A program made the translations under genes and the position numbers. Positions 59,650-64,000 of a stretch of 64,000 bases of DNA are shown here, piece by piece. The stretch's first letter is position 1. Each line of letters opens with the position of its first letter. Source of the stretch: Heptranchias perlo (lineage: Eukaryota); assembly GCF_035084215.1 (NCBI RefSeq), contig NC_090350.1, positions 43,338,001-43,402,000 of the forward strand. The letters are read 5' to 3'. The notes beneath the pieces were generated by a model, which saw nothing but the letters and a program-made list of their open reading frames with translations, made no database searches and was not told the origin of the DNA.

Positions 59650-61100
59650 CTACTACCTCCTTTTATCTGATCAGAAAGACCTGCAGTTCCTCCTTTTATC
59701 TGATCAGAAAGACCTGCAGTTTGGCAGAGCTGGGTTCAGCTTTTCTGTGGATTCCAGAAGATGGATTATTCTTCCTCCCTCTGAGTTACTGTCATGGGAG
59801 AGCTGCCCATAATATTGAAGTACCACCTTCAGTCAATGAGTGATCATTAAAGGTGAATGATCAAATTCTTCCTTATTTTTCTCATACATGTCAAGTGTTC
59901 CAGATACCAGCTTATTACATAGAATTTTACATATTTCCACTGGGAATCTGTCTCAGTCTGGTCATTCAAAGAAGCCAATTGTTTTTTTTCTTGCATTTTG
60001 ACATTTACTGGTCTAATAAATCTAAAGGTTCCTGTGACATTTTATTTAATTGCATTTCATATCTGAATATTACAATTGCCTTATATTCTGCCATATTCTC
60101 AGAAGCTGCTGATTGACGTAACTGAATAAATACTTGTCTAAAATTAGCTTTATCAAGTTATTAAATTAGCTTTATCAAGTTTTTTTAAGTTACGTTAATA
60201 GTTGAGCTGATCAAACCCTGTCCCTAATAATAAGCCCCAGTGAAACAGTGCACACTGCAGAGCTACAATAAGTATTAAAATCATTTTAAGTTTCCATTGG
60301 CGTTTCTGTCCACTAGGGAGTTGATTAGTTGAATATTTTAACTTCAGGGATCTGTTGGCTTGATATTTTCAACTCAGATTTTTTAAAGAAAGAAGCAAAA
60401 TCAATTTGCTTTTTAAGAATGCTTTTACACAATTGGCAGGCACTTCCCAGGGAATATTTCACATTTGCATTCATCTCAACATACTCTTGTGTCTCCTTCC
60501 TTCGAAATTGCAAGAACTTTGCATTCTGGAGGAGCCAGCCATACTTAATCTTTACCTTTCTGTTCTAAGTGTCTACTTGATTGACTCAACATGCATCCAC
60601 AATGGGACACAATCAGATATATCAATCCTACCTGTCCTTGCTTTTGAAGTAACTGCAATCACATTCTTGTAAACTAGGTATGTCTAATAAGTGACCTCTT
60701 CAAAAAAAATGAAGGAATGATCCCCCTCACTGGGGTTTGCTAAGTGTCCACAGCCACAATCTTCAATAGTTGCTTATGGTGAATTGGTTCTAGTTGGTCT
60801 CCCTGACCAAATGAATCCAGATTATCAAGAGGCTTATTGACCCAGTTGCTATCTGCCATTTGCTGTACTGTCTGTGCTGCTAGTGAGGTATAAAAGAAAG
60901 GGTCAAATCTTATAAGAACCACCAGTCAATATATAATCTGTAGTCATGCACCTGTAGTTTTTGCCCTGCTGAATTCGTTCAAATGGTGCCATCTCCATTC
61001 CAGTCCAGCTGTTTGCTAGTTTTCTAGAATTAAATTCTGAGGGAAAAGTCTTCTGCTCCCAGGCTCTGCACAATTCATCTTTAACCTTCTTTCTGAGATG
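59650..61100 (-). mobile_element. Possible very old L1/Tx1-like LINE remnant
   Basis: Near 59900-59960 the minus strand weakly resembles GPDGFPVE.YK....L...L.DMY; highly decayed. Confidence 0.3.
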
Positions 61101-61139
61101 ATTCCTTCTGATAAAAGTTCATCATGTTTCAGTGCCTCG

Positions 61140-61495
61140 ATTTTAAATTCCTCATCCTCGTGTTCCGGTCCCACCATGGTCTCACCCCCTCCCTATCTCT
61201 GTAACCTCCTCCAGAGCACCAACCCTCTGAGATCTCTGCATTATTTCAACTCTGGCCTCGTGCATCCCCCACTTCCTTCCCCCCACCAATGGCAGCTGTG
61301 TCTTCAGCCATCTAAGCCCTAAGCTTTGGAATTCCCTCCCTTAATCTTTCTGCCACTCCAGCTGGCTCTCCTTTATGACGCTGCTTAAAACATACCTCTT
61401 TGACCAAGCTTTCAGTTACTCGTCCTAATATCTCCTTCTTTGGTTTGGTGTCAATTTTTGCCTGGTAACACTCCACTGAAGCGCCTTCGGACGTA
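61140..61495 (+). mobile_element. L2-like 3' end
   Basis: PPYLCNLLQ..NPLRSL; ttggaattccctccct; tail gaagcgccttcggacg. Confidence 0.7.
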
Positions 61496-61499
61496 TTTT

Positions 61500-63018
61500 T
61501 AAAATTCTTTCATGGGATGTGCGTGTCGCTGGCGAGGCCGGCATTTATTGCCCATCTCTAATTGCCCTTGAGAAAGTGGTGGTGAGCCGCCTTCTTGAAC
61601 CGCTGCAGTCCATGTGGTGACGGTTCTCCCACAGTGCTGTTAGGAAGGGAGTTCCAGGATTTTGACCGAGCGATGATGAAAGAACGGCGATATATTTCCA
61701 AGTCGGGATGGTGTGTGACTTGGAGGGGAACGTGTAGGTGGTGTTGTTCCCATGTGCTTGCTGCTCTTGTCCTTCTAGGTGGTAGAGGCGGGTTTGGGAG
61801 GTGCTGTCGAAGAAGCCTTGGCGAGTTGCTGCAGTGCATCCTGTGGATGGTGCACACTGCAGCCACTGTGCGCCGGTGGTGAAGGGAGTGAATGTTTACG
61901 GTGGTGGATGGGGTGCCAATAAAGCGGGCTGCTTTGTCATGGATGGTGTCGAGCTTCTTGAGTGTTGTTGGAGCTGCACTCATCCAAGCAAGTGGAGAGT
62001 ATTCCATCACACTCCTGACTTGTGCCTTGTAGATGGTGGAAAGGCTTTGGGGAGTCAGGAGGTGAGTCACTCGCCGCAGAATACCCAGCCTCTGACCTGC
62101 TCTTGTAGCTACAGTATTTATATGGCTGGTCCAGTTAAGTTTCTGGTCAATGGTGACCCCCAGCATGTTGATGGTGGGGGATTCGGCGATGGTAATGCCA
62201 TTGAATGTCAAGGGGAGGTGGTTAGACTCTCTCTTGTTGGAAATGGTCATTGTCTGGCACGAATGTTACTTGCCACTTATGAGCCCAAGCCTGGATGTTG
62301 TCCAGGTCTTGCTGCATGTGGGCTCGGACTGCTTCATTATTTGAGAGGTTGCGAATGGAACTGAACACTGTGCAATCATCAGCGAACATCCCCATTTCTG
62401 ACCTTATGATGGAGGGAAGGTCATTGATGAAGCAGCTGAAGATGGTTGGGCCTAGGACACTGCCCTGAGGAACTCCTGCAGCAATGCCCTGGGGCTGAGA
62501 TGATTGGCCTCCAACAACCACTACCATCTTCCTTTGTGCTAGGTATGACTCCAGCCACTGGAGAGTTTTCCCCCTGATTCCCATTGACTTCAATTTTACT
62601 CGGGCTCCTTGGTGCCACATTCGGTCAAATGCTGCCTTGATGTCAAGGGCAGTCACTCTCACCTCACCTGTGGAATTCAGCTCTTTTGTCCATGTTTGGA
62701 CCAAGGCTGTAATGAGGTCTGGAGCCGAGTGGTCCTGGCGGAACCCAAACTGAGCATCGGTGAGCAGGTTATTGGTGAGTAAGTGCCGCTTGATAGCATT
62801 GTCGACGACACCTTCCATCACTTTGCTGATGATTGAGAGTAGACTGATGGGGCGGTAATTGGCCTGATTGGATTTGTCCTGCTTTTTGTGGATAGGACAT
62901 ACCTGGGCAATTTTCCACATTGTCGGGTAGATGCCAGTGTTGTAGCTGTACTGGAACAGCTTGGCTAGAGGCGCAGCTAGTTCTGGAGCACAAGTTTTCA
63001 GCACTACAGCTGGGATGT
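61500..63018 (-). mobile_element. HER1-like (CR1-clade) LINE, 5'-truncated RT to tail
   Basis: [34 protein letters not shown] in ORFs 62222 and 61558. Confidence 0.93.
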
Positions 63019-63019
63019 A

Positions 63020-63752
63020 CAACTCGGTGCACGTACTGTTCCGGTGCACATGCTGTTTCGGTGCATGTGCTATTCCAGTCATGTGCTGTTCCAGTCATGT
63101 GCTGTTTCGGTGCACGTGCTGTTCCATTCACGTGCTGTTTCGGTGCACGTGCTGTTCCAGTCGTGTGCTGTTTCGGTGCACGTGCTAATCCAGTCATGTG
63201 CTGTTTCGGTGCACGTGCTAATCCAGTCATGTGCTGTTTCGGTGCACGTACTAATCTAGTCATGTGCTGTTTCAGTGCACGTGCTGTTCCAGTCGTGTGC
63301 TGTTTCGGTGCACGTGCTAATCCAGTCATGTGCTGTTTCGGTGCACGTACTAATCCAGTCATGTGCTGTTTCGGTGCACGTACTAGTCCAGTCATGTGCT
63401 GTTTCGGTGCATGTGCTGTTTCGGTGCACGTGCTATTCCAGTCATGTGCTGTTTCGGTGCACGTGCTATTCCAGTCATGTGCTGTTTTGGTACATGTGCT
63501 GTTCCAGTCATGTGCTGTTTCGGTGCACATGCTGTTCCAGTCATGTGCTGTTTCGGTACACGTGCTATTCCAGTCATGTGCTGTTTCAGTACACGTGCTA
63601 GTCCAGTCATGTGCTGTTTCGGTGCACGTGCTGTTCCAGTCATGTGCTGTTTGTTTCGGTGTATGTGCTGTTTGTTTCGGTGTATGTGCTGTTCCGGTGT
63701 GTGTACTGTTCCAGTGTATGTGCTGTTTTGGTGTACGTGCTATTTCGGTGCA
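63020..63752. repeat. Variant minisatellite of about 33 bp, rich in CACGTG/CATGTG
   Basis: Unit tgctgtttcggtgcacgtgct(aa/gt)tccagtcatg with shorter sub-units. Confidence 0.95.
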
Positions 63753-64000
63753 GGGGAAATTACGAGCATCTGTCATTGTTGTATTGTGTTCTCATAACAT
63801 AAACTCTAGTGATGTGTGGATTCAGTCTGTATGGACATGCAGATGTAAAATCTGGAGCTAAGTGAACGCTACAACATCCACCATGTGGTCTGCACTACTC
63901 TCCAACTTCATATCATGGAACTTTTTATGGACTTTCTGGAGCTGAGTGTCACTAGGCTAGTGACGTGCCTCCAGCCCCATTGTGTCTGTTGTTTCTGTGC

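Noticed and set aside
59655-60180. Short perfect duplications (33-bp period near 59660, 22-bp period near 60141)
   Set aside because: Ordinary local slippage duplications with no further structure
62769-63861. 300+ aa repetitive ORFs on both strands
   Set aside because: Produced by a stop-poor 33-bp minisatellite; no splice or domain support

Overview
Vertebrate genomic DNA, very likely a cartilaginous fish (inferred from the repeat families: CR1 LINEs, an HE1/HER1-like SINE-LINE pair, SacSINE1-type DeuSINEs). One host gene runs on the + strand: the 3' 15 coding exons of CNKSR1 (PDZ, linker, PH, C-terminal coiled coil), 2847-47801. Joined by hand they give 1971 nt with consistent phases, including one GC-AG intron; the 5' SAM/CRIC exons were not found and presumably lie upstream. 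Introns are packed with transposons: a near-intact full-length CR1 (esterase ORF1, 69-bp monomer 5'UTR) nested in another CR1, a young CR1 with a fold-back 5' junction, two inverted copies of a non-autonomous Harbinger family that keeps a spliced Myb/SANT gene but shares one transposase truncation, an older Harbinger relic, MITEs, SINEs and minisatellites. A CpG-island promoter at about 55.4-55.7 kb has a canonical CDE/E2F-CHR, CCAAT, CRE and MYB arrangement, appears bidirectional, and may drive an unannotated two-exon minus-strand transcript. All homology calls are by recall of family motifs, not database searches; repeat boundaries are approximate unless termini are quoted.
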